Source: Trichodesmium erythraeum IMS101
GTDB lineage: Bacteria > Cyanobacteriota > Cyanobacteriia > Cyanobacteriales > Microcoleaceae
Reading direction: 5' to 3'
DNA: 32,000 nt
NCBI RefSeq assembly: GCF_000014265.1
Contig: NC_008312.1
Coordinates: 4,290,001 to 4,322,000 of the forward strand
In this document: one piece after another, positions 1 through 8,742 of the stretch
How positions within the stretch are numbered: position 1 is the first letter of the stretch
Layout: each line of letters starts with the position of its first letter
The notes under the pieces: model-generated
The model's database searches: none
What the model was told of the DNA's origin: nothing
Seen by the model: the letters and a program-made list of their open reading frames with translations, nothing else
Position numbers and translations under genes: made by a program

Positions 1-1026
1 AGATTTTTGGAGTAATTCATCAACAGATATACTCTCAGGTACCATATTTTTTCGTACAACACTATTTTTCCATGTTTCTAAATGATAGTATGAAAATTTA
101 CCAGTTTCAGGTAAGCATAAAGGGTCCTTAGGATATTTTGAATTTTCAAACTTCCAAGTTAGGGAAACTCCTGATTTACAAACTATTCCTTTATCATCAA
201 CCAAAAACATTAATAAATAAGTTTTTTGGTGAGTAGCTTTTTCGACTATTGGCCACCAAAATTTTTTAATTAAATCTGGTAAAAAACCTGTAAAAGTACG
301 GTGGAGTCCTGAAAAAATAAAAATTAAATTTTGAGTTTCTAAACATTGTAAAATTGCATTAATAACCTGTTCGTCTGTAGTATTTGAACCAAAAAATTCA
401 GAAGAAATTTTTCCCCATAATTCCCTAATATCGCTCATCCGAGTTAAATCCCTTTGGATTTTACGTCCATTACTTAATTCTGGCAATTTACGTAATAGCC
501 TAGTAAGCAGAGCTTTCTGACCACAATTTTCATCATACCCATCAATCAGAAAAGCTCCCGTTCGTTTGTGTGATTTTTGGCATTTTATAGCTTTTCTAAC
601 AGTATCTTCTTGTTCTGAAAAATCAATATCAATTATTGATTGAAACAACTGGCTGTTATTATTATTGCCTAAAGATGTTGATGAATTTAAGGGTAAAGAT
701 GGATTTTCTAATTCTTTTTTAACCTTGTTCCATAAATTATTAATTCTATGCCACATCTCGTCTTCTTCATAGTATTCATCTCTCAAATTTTCCAAAAAAA
801 TTATAAATATACACCCATATTCTTGATGTCTTGTTTTTATTAAAATATCCAGATTTAACATCACTAATAACCCTGGTGTATTAGCTTCTTTCAGTTTATT
901 TGATACCACATTTAATTCCTTAATTGCCCCGCAAAAACTACGCAAGTATTGAAAATTGGTAAAAATGTCGCATTCTAAAAGAACATCCCTGCATTCTTTA
1001 TAAAGTTCTCCTGGTAGCCCACTCAT
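1..1026 (-). CDS. Partial CDS (N-terminal 342 codons, continues past the left edge): death-like/EAD-type N-terminal adaptor module plus a STAND-like NTPase core with a degenerate P-loop
   Basis: Absent from the supplied track because it has no stop in the window. I checked all 342 minus-strand codons and found no in-frame stop. ATG at 1026-1024; product starts MSGLPGELYKECRDVLLECDIFTNFQYLRSF. The first 45 aa align gap-free with the N-terminus of the 1521-4466 product (14 identities by eye). GAFLIDGYDENCGQKALLTRLLRKL sits where a Walker A would be but lacks GK[ST]. NLIFIFSGLHRT is Walker-B-like but lacks the acidic residues. Confidence 0.65.
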   Translation of the reverse strand, partial: MSGLPGELYKECRDVLLECDIFTNFQYLRSFCGAIKELNVVSNKLKEANTPGLLVMLNLDILIKTRHQEYGCIFIIFLENLRDEYYEEDEMWHRINNLWNKVKKELENPSLPLNSSTSLGNNNNSQLFQSIIDIDFSEQEDTVRKAIKCQKSHKRTGAFLIDGYDENCGQKALLTRLLRKLPELSNGRKIQRDLTRMSDIRELWGKISSEFFGSNTTDEQVINAILQCLETQNLIFIFSGLHRTFTGFLPDLIKKFWWPIVEKATHQKTYLLMFLVDDKGIVCKSGVSLTWKFENSKYPKDPLCLPETGKFSYYHLETWKNSVVRKNMVPESISVDELLQKS

Positions 1027-1042
1027 ACAATTTTTTATAAAG

Positions 1043-1143
1043 ATTGTATTACACTATTAATATATAATAATAGAAATCTACACCTATAGCATTTTTTTGG
1101 CAAACCCAGTTAAAAACCATCTTGATAATTTTGTCCCAACCTT
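1043..1143 (-). promoter_or_regulatory. Conserved upstream element, copy A (about 17-117 nt upstream of the ATG at 1026); probable shared promoter or 5' leader
   Basis: Aligns with 4486-4602 upstream of the neighbouring paralogous-N-terminus gene. Shared blocks on the + strand: attgta, acactattaa, atataataat, agcattttttt, gcaa, cagtta, aaaccatcttgataa, gtcc, aacctt. Roughly 80 percent identity by eye apart from a 16-nt insertion in copy B. Confidence 0.5.
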
Positions 1144-1271
1144 TGAATTTCTTGCCCAGTCACATACCAAAAACTTACAGCAGGTCTACCATGCAGGAAA
1201 ACTGCTATATGATAATTTTCTGCAATCTTTTCTTAATATTCAACAGTTCTTGTCACAAGATATTATATTCA

Positions 1272-1368
1272 TGACTTACCCAGAACTGCCATATCTAGCA
1301 TTTACCCCCTATGGTATTTGCCACCTACAGATAGCGCATTATCTAAGAGTTTGTGTAGGTCCTGTATA
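1272..1368. repeat. MITE/REP-like small inverted-repeat element, possibly nested inside a larger copy spanning 1172-1428
   Basis: Left end tGACTTACCCAgaac (1273-1282 is identical to the 10-mer in the 9018 copy). Right end GTAGGTCCTGTATA (1355-1368). The termini are inverted complements with one mismatch. Outer candidate termini are aacttacagca (1172-1182) and taagtcttgtta (1417-1428). Confidence 0.4.
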
Positions 1369-1520
1369 TTTTAGTCATTTTTTTTTGATAATGACACTAC
1401 ATTTACTGTCATAGCCTAAGTCTTGTTAGAAAATGTTCTTGAGTTGCACTACCGCTTAACCAAACCTGTGATACTATCACTTTTTTATTCAAAATATTTG
1501 AAATTACTTCAAGTTATCAA

Positions 1521-4466
1521 CTACTCAGAATTCGAGCATTTCACCTTTGCTTCTTCAGGTGTTGAAAATTTGTCAGGAATAAACATGAAACCGGACGGCT
1601 GACTCGGACAACGATAAACCCGAATTGAGTTCAACGGTACTTTTTGACGATCGCCAGTCCCTGATTTAAATATAATTTCTCCTGTAGCCCCCTGAACGAT
1701 GAAATTTTCATCTGCCAATGTCTTCTGAATTCCTTTGCTAGTAGGGCGAGTACCTTGTTCCTGAATACCTTTAAGAATTACCTGCATTGCGTCATAGCTA
1801 AAAGCTGTACGGGCGCTAACATAACCTTCCCAAAGTTTGACAGCGGTATCAAAAAAATCAGAATTGTTGAGAGGATGCCCAGGAACAATCAAAATCAGTT
1901 TTTCTAGGAGTTGATATCGTGTTTCTTGGGATTGATCTTGAGCAATTTTCAAGGTTCTCGGGCTATAAACTGACCAATTAGCTACTATCCAATTTTGACC
2001 ACCATTTTCTTCAATAATTTTGAGACTATTATCGAAAGCATCACTTACTTGACCATCTGATATTAAAACAATTGCGAATTCCTGATCTCCTGCTTGTCTG
2101 CGGGCCTCATTGATGGCATCTTTAACCTTAAAATTATCCTCAGCAAAATAATCCATATTAAGTGATAAATTAATTATTTCTCCTTTTCCTTCAAATTTTT
2201 CTTCAAATTGTTTTTTTAAATCAGCGGAATAATAACTCTTAGGATTATAAAAAATTACAACTCTTGTTTGATTTTTATTCAGCAAAGAGTTAACCATGTT
2301 CTCTGCTTGCTCAATAGTCGTTGTGGTAGTCCGGAAAAAAACGTCTACCCTTTCTTCGGCGGTGAGTTTAGAAGTGGTTGTGCCTGGGGAAACCATTACT
2401 AGTTTTGCATCATCATATATATCTTTAGTCGCCATAGTCATCTCACTAGCCCAATGACCAACAACACCTAAAATTTCTGGGCGGCCGACTATTTTCTTCG
2501 CAACGTTCTCTGCGCCATCCTCTGAGTTAGCATCATTAGCAATAATAACTTTTAAGCCTTTATCATTATCATTATCATTAAACCTTTTGGCTTTTAGATC
2601 TACATTTGGAAAAGGCAAAAAAGAGAATTGCTTTTTCTTGAATAAACTTAAGTTAACTTCTGTTTGTGCTTGAGCTACTCCCCGCAAAATTTCTTCAGCA
2701 AGTTCTCCATTCACCTGCTCATTTTGATCTATAACTGGAACTACAACTGCAATAGTATAAGGATCAGCTTTTATATGTTCTAAAAAAGCATTATTGATAT
2801 AAATTAAAGTTTCTGGGTCCCGCCTTTCATTCTTCCAGCTTTCCTTAAGAGTATTTGCCACTCCAGCAAAACAATTCTGTATTTTAGTATTATTTTTCCA
2901 AATAGCTTGAAAATGATTCCAGGATTTCTGGCAGTATTGAACTTCTTTTACACCATTTTCTTTTTCTAGAGGTCTAGATGATTCTACCAGAATTTCCTCA
3001 CCTATACTAATGTTATCACCAAGAGGCTCATGTCTAGGAAGATAAATTAACCAGCGATAAATTGAAAAAATATCAATCAGAATCAACAAAAACGAAATTA
3101 TCCAACCGGTAGGATTTTGGGACAAAAACAGAGTTATCCCCCTGGTAAGATTTTGGGTTAGCCCAGGTTCATCTCCAATCAGCTCTTCTTTTCCCACAGG
3201 GGGTCTGGATGGTATTGAATTAAGACGATCATTGAAAATAGGAATTTCCCATTCTTGGATTTTTCCCCCTTCTCGGGATGCTTCAAGAAACCAAGATTTC
3301 AACTGATCCTTGCCTTTAATGAGTTCAAGTTCAATTTTATTAACTGTATAGTAATGCCAAATTTGTTTAGCTTTAGTATCAGTATGGTCACGTAGATAAA
3401 GGACAAAGGGGTAACCGGCAGTAATTTTTGTATTCAAGTGCATTTGAGCATCGACAGGATGATCGGTCAGTAACAAACAGGCACGATGTTTTCTAGCCCA
3501 ATTTTGGGTGTTATTGTCGTCACAAGCTTGGTGAAATTGGTGGGTATGAATAGCCAGTTTGCCCTCATTATTTTCACCAATAAGCTGAAGAAAGCTTGTA
3601 TTCAAACCCAAAATTCCGAGTTTTGCACTATTCTTTTCGATAGTGGCTGAAAAATCTCCTGGTAGAATACCAGCTTTTAGGTGTTCTGGCTTCCAGGGTT
3701 GTCTTTTCCACCAAGCCATATAATTTGCAAAAGCTTCAGCCATGACTAGACGATAGTCTGATTTTGCATCCTCCCAAAATTCTTGTTGTACCTCTGGTTC
3801 CTCAGACCACCGTTTTAGAAGTCTTACCGCTGGTTCTTTTTGATTAGGTCTAACTAAATCGTGATTTCCAGGTATTGCTAGTAGCTTAGGAGACGAACCC
3901 CATTCTTGGAATTTTGCCCATAGTTGTTCCAAAAGCTGATCGAGCTTTTCAAATTCTTCAGCACTACCCTCCTGAGTCAAATCACCAGTAAATAGCACTA
4001 AGTCCCACGGCTCACTTTTCTCGTGGAGCCTGTTTAAATCTTCAAAAAATCTTTTTTTTACGCGAGATGATCCCCCATTCTGTTCTTTTATGACTTGATG
4101 AAAGTCGGTTAAGTGTAACCAATTAAAGCTAGTTTTGTTATCAACACTATTCAGCTGTTTATTAAGCTCTTTTTCTAATTTAGATAAAGTGCTATGCCGA
4201 CTATCTTCTCGGTCAAACGTCTCACAAAGCAACCTTACCAAAATAACGAGTCCATTCTTATTGGTATGATATTTACCCACTAAAAAGCCAATCACGTGTG
4301 TTACTCGTTGGTCCGTATTGATACCTTGTGGTAAACTATTAGCCCAAAGGGAGAGCTGACGGTGACCGTTGAAAAAACTCTGTAGTTCTTCATTGCTGTT
4401 AAATTGCTCACACCTTGACAGAGATGCACTCAGTTTAGAATAGAGTTCAGGAGAAATTCCGCCCAT
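1521..4466 (-). CDS. Single-pass membrane receptor-like protein: EAD-type N-terminal module, calcineurin-like metallophosphoesterase, TM helix, extracytoplasmic type-I periplasmic-binding-protein (LivK/Peripla_BP_6-like) domain
   Basis: 981-aa ORF with an ATG start. Phosphoesterase motifs: WLHLTDFHQ (DxH), FTGDLTQEG (GD), IPGNHD (GNHD), LLLTDHP. The last motif reads LRDHTD rather than GHxH. One hydrophobic span, WIISFLLILIDIFSIYRWLIYL (about aa 455-476). The C-terminal ~480 aa carry PBP-like signatures: ISIGEEIL, VVGHWASEMTMA, VMVSPGTTTSKLT. Confidence 0.85.
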   Translation of the reverse strand: MGGISPELYSKLSASLSRCEQFNSNEELQSFFNGHRQLSLWANSLPQGINTDQRVTHVIGFLVGKYHTNKNGLVILVRLLCETFDREDSRHSTLSKLEKELNKQLNSVDNKTSFNWLHLTDFHQVIKEQNGGSSRVKKRFFEDLNRLHEKSEPWDLVLFTGDLTQEGSAEEFEKLDQLLEQLWAKFQEWGSSPKLLAIPGNHDLVRPNQKEPAVRLLKRWSEEPEVQQEFWEDAKSDYRLVMAEAFANYMAWWKRQPWKPEHLKAGILPGDFSATIEKNSAKLGILGLNTSFLQLIGENNEGKLAIHTHQFHQACDDNNTQNWARKHRACLLLTDHPVDAQMHLNTKITAGYPFVLYLRDHTDTKAKQIWHYYTVNKIELELIKGKDQLKSWFLEASREGGKIQEWEIPIFNDRLNSIPSRPPVGKEELIGDEPGLTQNLTRGITLFLSQNPTGWIISFLLILIDIFSIYRWLIYLPRHEPLGDNISIGEEILVESSRPLEKENGVKEVQYCQKSWNHFQAIWKNNTKIQNCFAGVANTLKESWKNERRDPETLIYINNAFLEHIKADPYTIAVVVPVIDQNEQVNGELAEEILRGVAQAQTEVNLSLFKKKQFSFLPFPNVDLKAKRFNDNDNDKGLKVIIANDANSEDGAENVAKKIVGRPEILGVVGHWASEMTMATKDIYDDAKLVMVSPGTTTSKLTAEERVDVFFRTTTTTIEQAENMVNSLLNKNQTRVVIFYNPKSYYSADLKKQFEEKFEGKGEIINLSLNMDYFAEDNFKVKDAINEARRQAGDQEFAIVLISDGQVSDAFDNSLKIIEENGGQNWIVANWSVYSPRTLKIAQDQSQETRYQLLEKLILIVPGHPLNNSDFFDTAVKLWEGYVSARTAFSYDAMQVILKGIQEQGTRPTSKGIQKTLADENFIVQGATGEIIFKSGTGDRQKVPLNSIRVYRCPSQPSGFMFIPDKFSTPEEAKVKCSNSE

Positions 4467-4485
4467 ATTTTTATCGACAAAAATT

Positions 4486-4602
4486 ATTGTACTACACTAT
4501 TAACATATACACCATTAACATATAATAATCAGGAGCTACAATTACAGCATTTTTTTTTGCAAGTTCAGTTAGAAACCATCTTGATAAATTAGTCCTAACC
4601 TT
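4486..4602 (-). promoter_or_regulatory. Conserved upstream element, copy B (about 20-136 nt upstream of the ATG at 4466)
   Basis: Homologous to 1043-1143 (see that feature). Contains an internal duplication of attaacatata that is absent from copy A. Confidence 0.5.
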
Positions 4603-4716
4603 ATTACCTGATGATATTTCGATGGAAGAGTTTGAATATTTGTTAGATTTGGCACCGGGAAAAGATGTCAAACTTTTCTCATAAAATGGTTTTGAAAACA
4701 TTAAATTCCGATTCTT

Positions 4717-6081
4717 TTAATACCTCATAAACTCAGGACTACCAAAAATTAAAGCCGCCCTTAAATCACCAGGACTTTGATCAATTACCCCACGAGTCTG
4801 AGCAGAAAAATTATTACCCAAAGTCCCCATTAACTTTTCTGCACTAATAGGTTTACCCCGACCCAATAAACCACCAGATAAAGGCACAGCTAAACTACTC
4901 CGTCGAATCATGGTATCCGAATCTAACCAAGCATCTTTTGTATTTTTATAACCATCAGGAGTAATACAACCATAAATAGGCATTCCTAACTGGTCTAAAA
5001 TCCCATTAATAGGTCGAAAATTATCAACCTCATTACCAATAGCTCTCATCGCAGAAACTACAAACCGATAAGGATTTTTAAACTTAGAATTATATACCTC
5101 TGGTTGCCAAAACTCTGAACTATTGAACAGAGTATTAAGTACCCGAGAAATATCCCCATCACTCTCCAAAAAACTCTGAGATAAAACTTTTACTAAAGAC
5201 TCAGATGGTTGGTCTAAAACAAAAGTTTGAGCTAATTTATAACTAATATATCTAGCCGTTGAAGGATGACTAGCCAAAATATCTAAAGCTGTTTCACCTT
5301 CAGCTATCCCATTCTCTTTAATTGTTTGTCCGAGAAAAAATTTATCTCCTGGTTCGTGACGTTTTTGATCAAAATAAAATCCATCTTTATCTTCTGCTCT
5401 TTTGTTATTAGGAGGTAGACCCCAACCAGTCAAAATTTTTGCTAAAGCCATAACATCATCTTGACTATAGCCTCCATCCACACCTAAAGTATGTAATTCT
5501 AATAATTCTCTAGCATAATTTTCATTTATTCTACCTCTACGGCTTTGCCAATTATCTAAATAAATTAACATAGCTGGATGATGAGCAGTAGCGCCTAATA
5601 ATAATCTAAACTTTCCCAAAGCATAGGGTCTAATTGCCTGCTGTTCATAACAGCTAAAATATAAACGATTTAGTCCTTGACGACCAAAAACATTAAAGTG
5701 ATTATACCAAAAATCTACCATCACCTCCTCTAAATGACGCGGACTTTCTAGATTCCTTAAAAAACGTCCTTTACTCCCCTGTAAAAAAACCTTTTGCTCA
5801 AAACGTTGTTTGATTCTATTTAATGCTATTCTATCTAATTTTAATTCTTTTCCCTGTTGTTGAAGTTGTTGTAATTCTTTGATTATTTCACTAGGAGTTA
5901 GGGGTAATGTATCTAGATATTTTAGCTTTTGAATTAGTAGTTTTTGGTAGGGTATAGAATTAGGTTCTAGTTGAGATTGAATATAATTTTCTACACCAAT
6001 ATTTTTAATCTTTTCAAGTTGTCCAGGAGTCGGTCCTAAACTAAGACGATTAATTAAGTGTAAAATTTTAATATCAGCCAT
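4717..6081 (-). CDS. DUF1800 family protein
   Basis: 454-aa ORF with an ATG start. Family-typical motifs: DFWYNHFNVF and NENYARELLELHTLGVDGGYSQDDVMALAKILTGWG. Confidence 0.85.
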   Translation of the reverse strand: MADIKILHLINRLSLGPTPGQLEKIKNIGVENYIQSQLEPNSIPYQKLLIQKLKYLDTLPLTPSEIIKELQQLQQQGKELKLDRIALNRIKQRFEQKVFLQGSKGRFLRNLESPRHLEEVMVDFWYNHFNVFGRQGLNRLYFSCYEQQAIRPYALGKFRLLLGATAHHPAMLIYLDNWQSRRGRINENYARELLELHTLGVDGGYSQDDVMALAKILTGWGLPPNNKRAEDKDGFYFDQKRHEPGDKFFLGQTIKENGIAEGETALDILASHPSTARYISYKLAQTFVLDQPSESLVKVLSQSFLESDGDISRVLNTLFNSSEFWQPEVYNSKFKNPYRFVVSAMRAIGNEVDNFRPINGILDQLGMPIYGCITPDGYKNTKDAWLDSDTMIRRSSLAVPLSGGLLGRGKPISAEKLMGTLGNNFSAQTRGVIDQSPGDLRAALIFGSPEFMRY

Positions 6082-6524
6082 TTCAGTTATGAATTATGAG
6101 TTATAAATTATGAATTATGAATTATTATTTATTATATTATTTATAAACTGTTTTTCAAAAGAATCTTAAATCCAAACTGAGCTTATTAATATTGCTAAAA
6201 ACCATTTTTCTTTCCCTTGGTCAAGAACGAATAAAAAATCATGATCTGCCAAACAATATTCTTGAAACCTAAGAGACAATGATAATTTCTCAAAAATATA
6301 TCTTACAGGTTATAAAATATTTTCATAAGCTCTGGTATCCCGTAATTAAAATCAAACAATACCATTTCTCTAACCTTGATGCTACCTTTGGATGGTAGTA
6401 ACAATAACTGGAAAAATCATAGACATTAGTTAACAATAAAATTGCGTCAATAAATAGTATTTAGAAATAAAAAAAACTAAATTAGCGCCAAGTTTTTGAG
6501 AATTGATATAACTTTAATATATTT

Positions 6525-6632
6525 GAACTTACGCCAAAAAACCTGGTTTCTAGGATAAACTATTGTTTGTAACAAACAATAGACATCCATAAAAAAACCA
6601 GGTTCCTAGGTACTTGTGAATAAGTCCTGTTA
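6525..6632. repeat. MITE/REP-like element with composite dyad symmetry; it may also act as an intrinsic terminator for the EF-G-like gene
   Basis: Family termini: gaacttacgcca (6525-6536) and taagtcctgtta (6621-6632). A perfect 23-nt palindrome, ctattgtttgtaacaaacaatag (6560-6582), is flanked by aacctggtt (6540-6548) and its complement aaccaggtt (6596-6604). On the minus strand the outer stem is followed by a T-run (complement of ccaaaaa, 6534-6540). It lies 44-150 nt downstream of the stop at 6676. Confidence 0.5.
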
Positions 6633-6675
6633 ATAATTAAACTATATCTACTTTTCATTTAAATATTAAAGTAGT

Positions 6676-8742
6676 TTAGCCATGACCACGACCATTACCA
6701 TTACCATTCTTGATCAAGACCTTTTCAGCTAACTTATTTGGCACTTCTTGTAAATGATCAAATTGCCAATTAAAAGAACCCACTCCCATTGTTTGCGATC
6801 GCAACTCCACAATTAAATCTTGCATTTCTGACAAAGCCAAATAAGCAGAAGTCTTATCCCACCTTTCCCAGTCAGTCATACTTTCATAACCCAATATCTG
6901 ACCACGACGGATACTAATTAACTGCAAAACTTTTGAAGTAAACTCATTAGGTGCAAAAATATCCACCAAAGCAATAGGTTCCAACAATACTGGTTGGCAG
7001 TCACTCATTCCCTGCTGCATTGCCACTCGCGCTGCCTGCTTAAATGCTTGCTCCGAACTATCAACAGAATGATGCGACCCATTAGTCAACGTCACCGCCA
7101 CATCAACCACGGGAAAACCGAGAGGACCCTGTTGAAGATATTCCCGCACCCCTGTTTCCACACCAGAAATATATTGCTTCGGCACCACTCCACCGACAAC
7201 AGTTTCACTAAAATTAAAACCTGACCCCCGTGGCAACGGTTGAATATCTAAATACACATCCCCAAACTGCCCATGACCCCCACTTTGATGTTTATAACGA
7301 CCATGAGAAGTAGTCTTTTTCCGAATAGTTTCTTTATAGGGAACTCGGGGTAAGTAAGTTTTCATCGAAACATTATACTTTCGGTGCAAACGCTCTAAAC
7401 TTACCTGTAGATGAATTTCTCCTTGACCCCAAAAGATGACTTCGTGAGTATCCCCATGTTGTTCCCATATTAATGCCGGGTCTTCTTCTAGCAACTTTGT
7501 TAAAGCGCTGCTCATTTTTACTTCATCTTTACGGTTTTCCGGAGCGATCGCCATAGCAAAAACAGGAGGCAATAGTATTACTCTTGGCAACTTAGTTTTC
7601 CCATCTGCATCTATAGTTAAAGTATCACCTGTATGTATACCTTCCATCCGACTGAGGGCAACTATTTCTCCAGTTTTAGCTAACTCTAGACTTTCTGTTT
7701 GCTGACCCATCAACCGATATATTCCACCGATGCGCACTCCATTTAAAATCATGCCATCAATAATTTCCCCTTGCCATACCCGAACTAATGAGAGTTTACC
7801 ACCTTGAGGAGTGTAGTAAGTTTTCAAAACTTGAGCAATAGGTGTTTCAGAATTTGATTTTAAACCTCGACGTTTTGCCGTTTCTTTTGGTACAGGAGTT
7901 TCTCGCACCAGAGCATCTAGGAGGGAACGCACACCAGAATCTTTTTCTGCCACCCCTACAAATACAGGTACAATTAAATCTGCACTTAACTCCATTTTGA
8001 TGTCAGCAACTATTTCTTCAGTAGGTGGTTCGATATTTTCGACCAACTCTTCCAATAAATTATCATCAAAATTAGCTAACTCTTCCAGCATTTGTTCTCT
8101 AGCAGCTTGTTCTTCTACTTTCAAAGACTCAGGAATTGTTACAGGGTCTGATGGCGCCCCTGGATGATAATGATAAGCTTGTTCAGTTACTAGGTCAATA
8201 AATCCAATAAGTTGGTTATTTTTAGCAATGGGGTATTGATGGGGAACAATGGGGCGGTTGGATACAGTTTTGAGTGCTTCTAATACTTCACCAAAGTTAG
8301 ATTTACAATGAGTTTCATCCCTACAGACCCGATCCATTTTGTTGATGAAGACTATATGAGGAATTTCCCAGTCATCAAGAAATTTTAATAGTGGAGCAAG
8401 GGTTAGAACACGAGCTGGGTCTGGTTCACACACGACTATTGCTGCCCCTGCTCCAATAAGAGCGTTATTGGTTTCTTGAGCAAATTCTATGGAACCAGGG
8501 CAGTCTAGAAAGGTAAAGTTAATGCCGTCGTACTTAGTACTAGCGGCATTTATTTCTACTGTCATGGAGCGATCGCGAGCTTCTGGACTACCATCTCCAA
8601 TGGTGTTACCATCTTTAACACTGCCTTTACGGGATATTGCTTTTGTAATTGATAATAGGCTTTCTAGTAATGTTGTTTTTCCACTTAAATAAGGGCCTAC
8701 TATGGCAATATTCCTGACATTTGAAGCGACTTTTTCTGACAT
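6676..8742 (-). CDS. Elongation factor G paralogue (translational GTPase, EF-G-like)
   Basis: 688-aa ORF. AGGAGG lies 6 nt upstream of the ATG. G motifs: GPYLSGKTT (G1), LDCPG (G3), NKMD (G4). EF-G domain IV/V-like sequence follows (HGRYKHQSGGHGQFGDV). Unusual tail NGNGNGRGHG. Confidence 0.9.
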   Translation of the reverse strand: MSEKVASNVRNIAIVGPYLSGKTTLLESLLSITKAISRKGSVKDGNTIGDGSPEARDRSMTVEINAASTKYDGINFTFLDCPGSIEFAQETNNALIGAGAAIVVCEPDPARVLTLAPLLKFLDDWEIPHIVFINKMDRVCRDETHCKSNFGEVLEALKTVSNRPIVPHQYPIAKNNQLIGFIDLVTEQAYHYHPGAPSDPVTIPESLKVEEQAAREQMLEELANFDDNLLEELVENIEPPTEEIVADIKMELSADLIVPVFVGVAEKDSGVRSLLDALVRETPVPKETAKRRGLKSNSETPIAQVLKTYYTPQGGKLSLVRVWQGEIIDGMILNGVRIGGIYRLMGQQTESLELAKTGEIVALSRMEGIHTGDTLTIDADGKTKLPRVILLPPVFAMAIAPENRKDEVKMSSALTKLLEEDPALIWEQHGDTHEVIFWGQGEIHLQVSLERLHRKYNVSMKTYLPRVPYKETIRKKTTSHGRYKHQSGGHGQFGDVYLDIQPLPRGSGFNFSETVVGGVVPKQYISGVETGVREYLQQGPLGFPVVDVAVTLTNGSHHSVDSSEQAFKQAARVAMQQGMSDCQPVLLEPIALVDIFAPNEFTSKVLQLISIRRGQILGYESMTDWERWDKTSAYLALSEMQDLIVELRSQTMGVGSFNWQFDHLQEVPNKLAEKVLIKNGNGNGRGHG

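Noticed and set aside
1097-1414. 105-aa + strand ORF in the spacer between the two EAD genes
   Set aside because: It is built almost entirely from the conserved upstream element and the MITE-like repeats. It has no convincing RBS, and its product is low-complexity and hydrophobic. It is most likely a chance ORF in AT-rich DNA.
4492-4701. 69-aa minus-strand ORF overlapping conserved upstream element copy B
   Set aside because: The same frame through homologous copy A hits a stop (aaa atg cta tag), so the conservation is not protein-coding.
6090-6135. atgaatta-type micro-repeats upstream of the DUF1800 gene
   Set aside because: This is low-complexity AT-rich slippage-type sequence with no defined unit number or structure.
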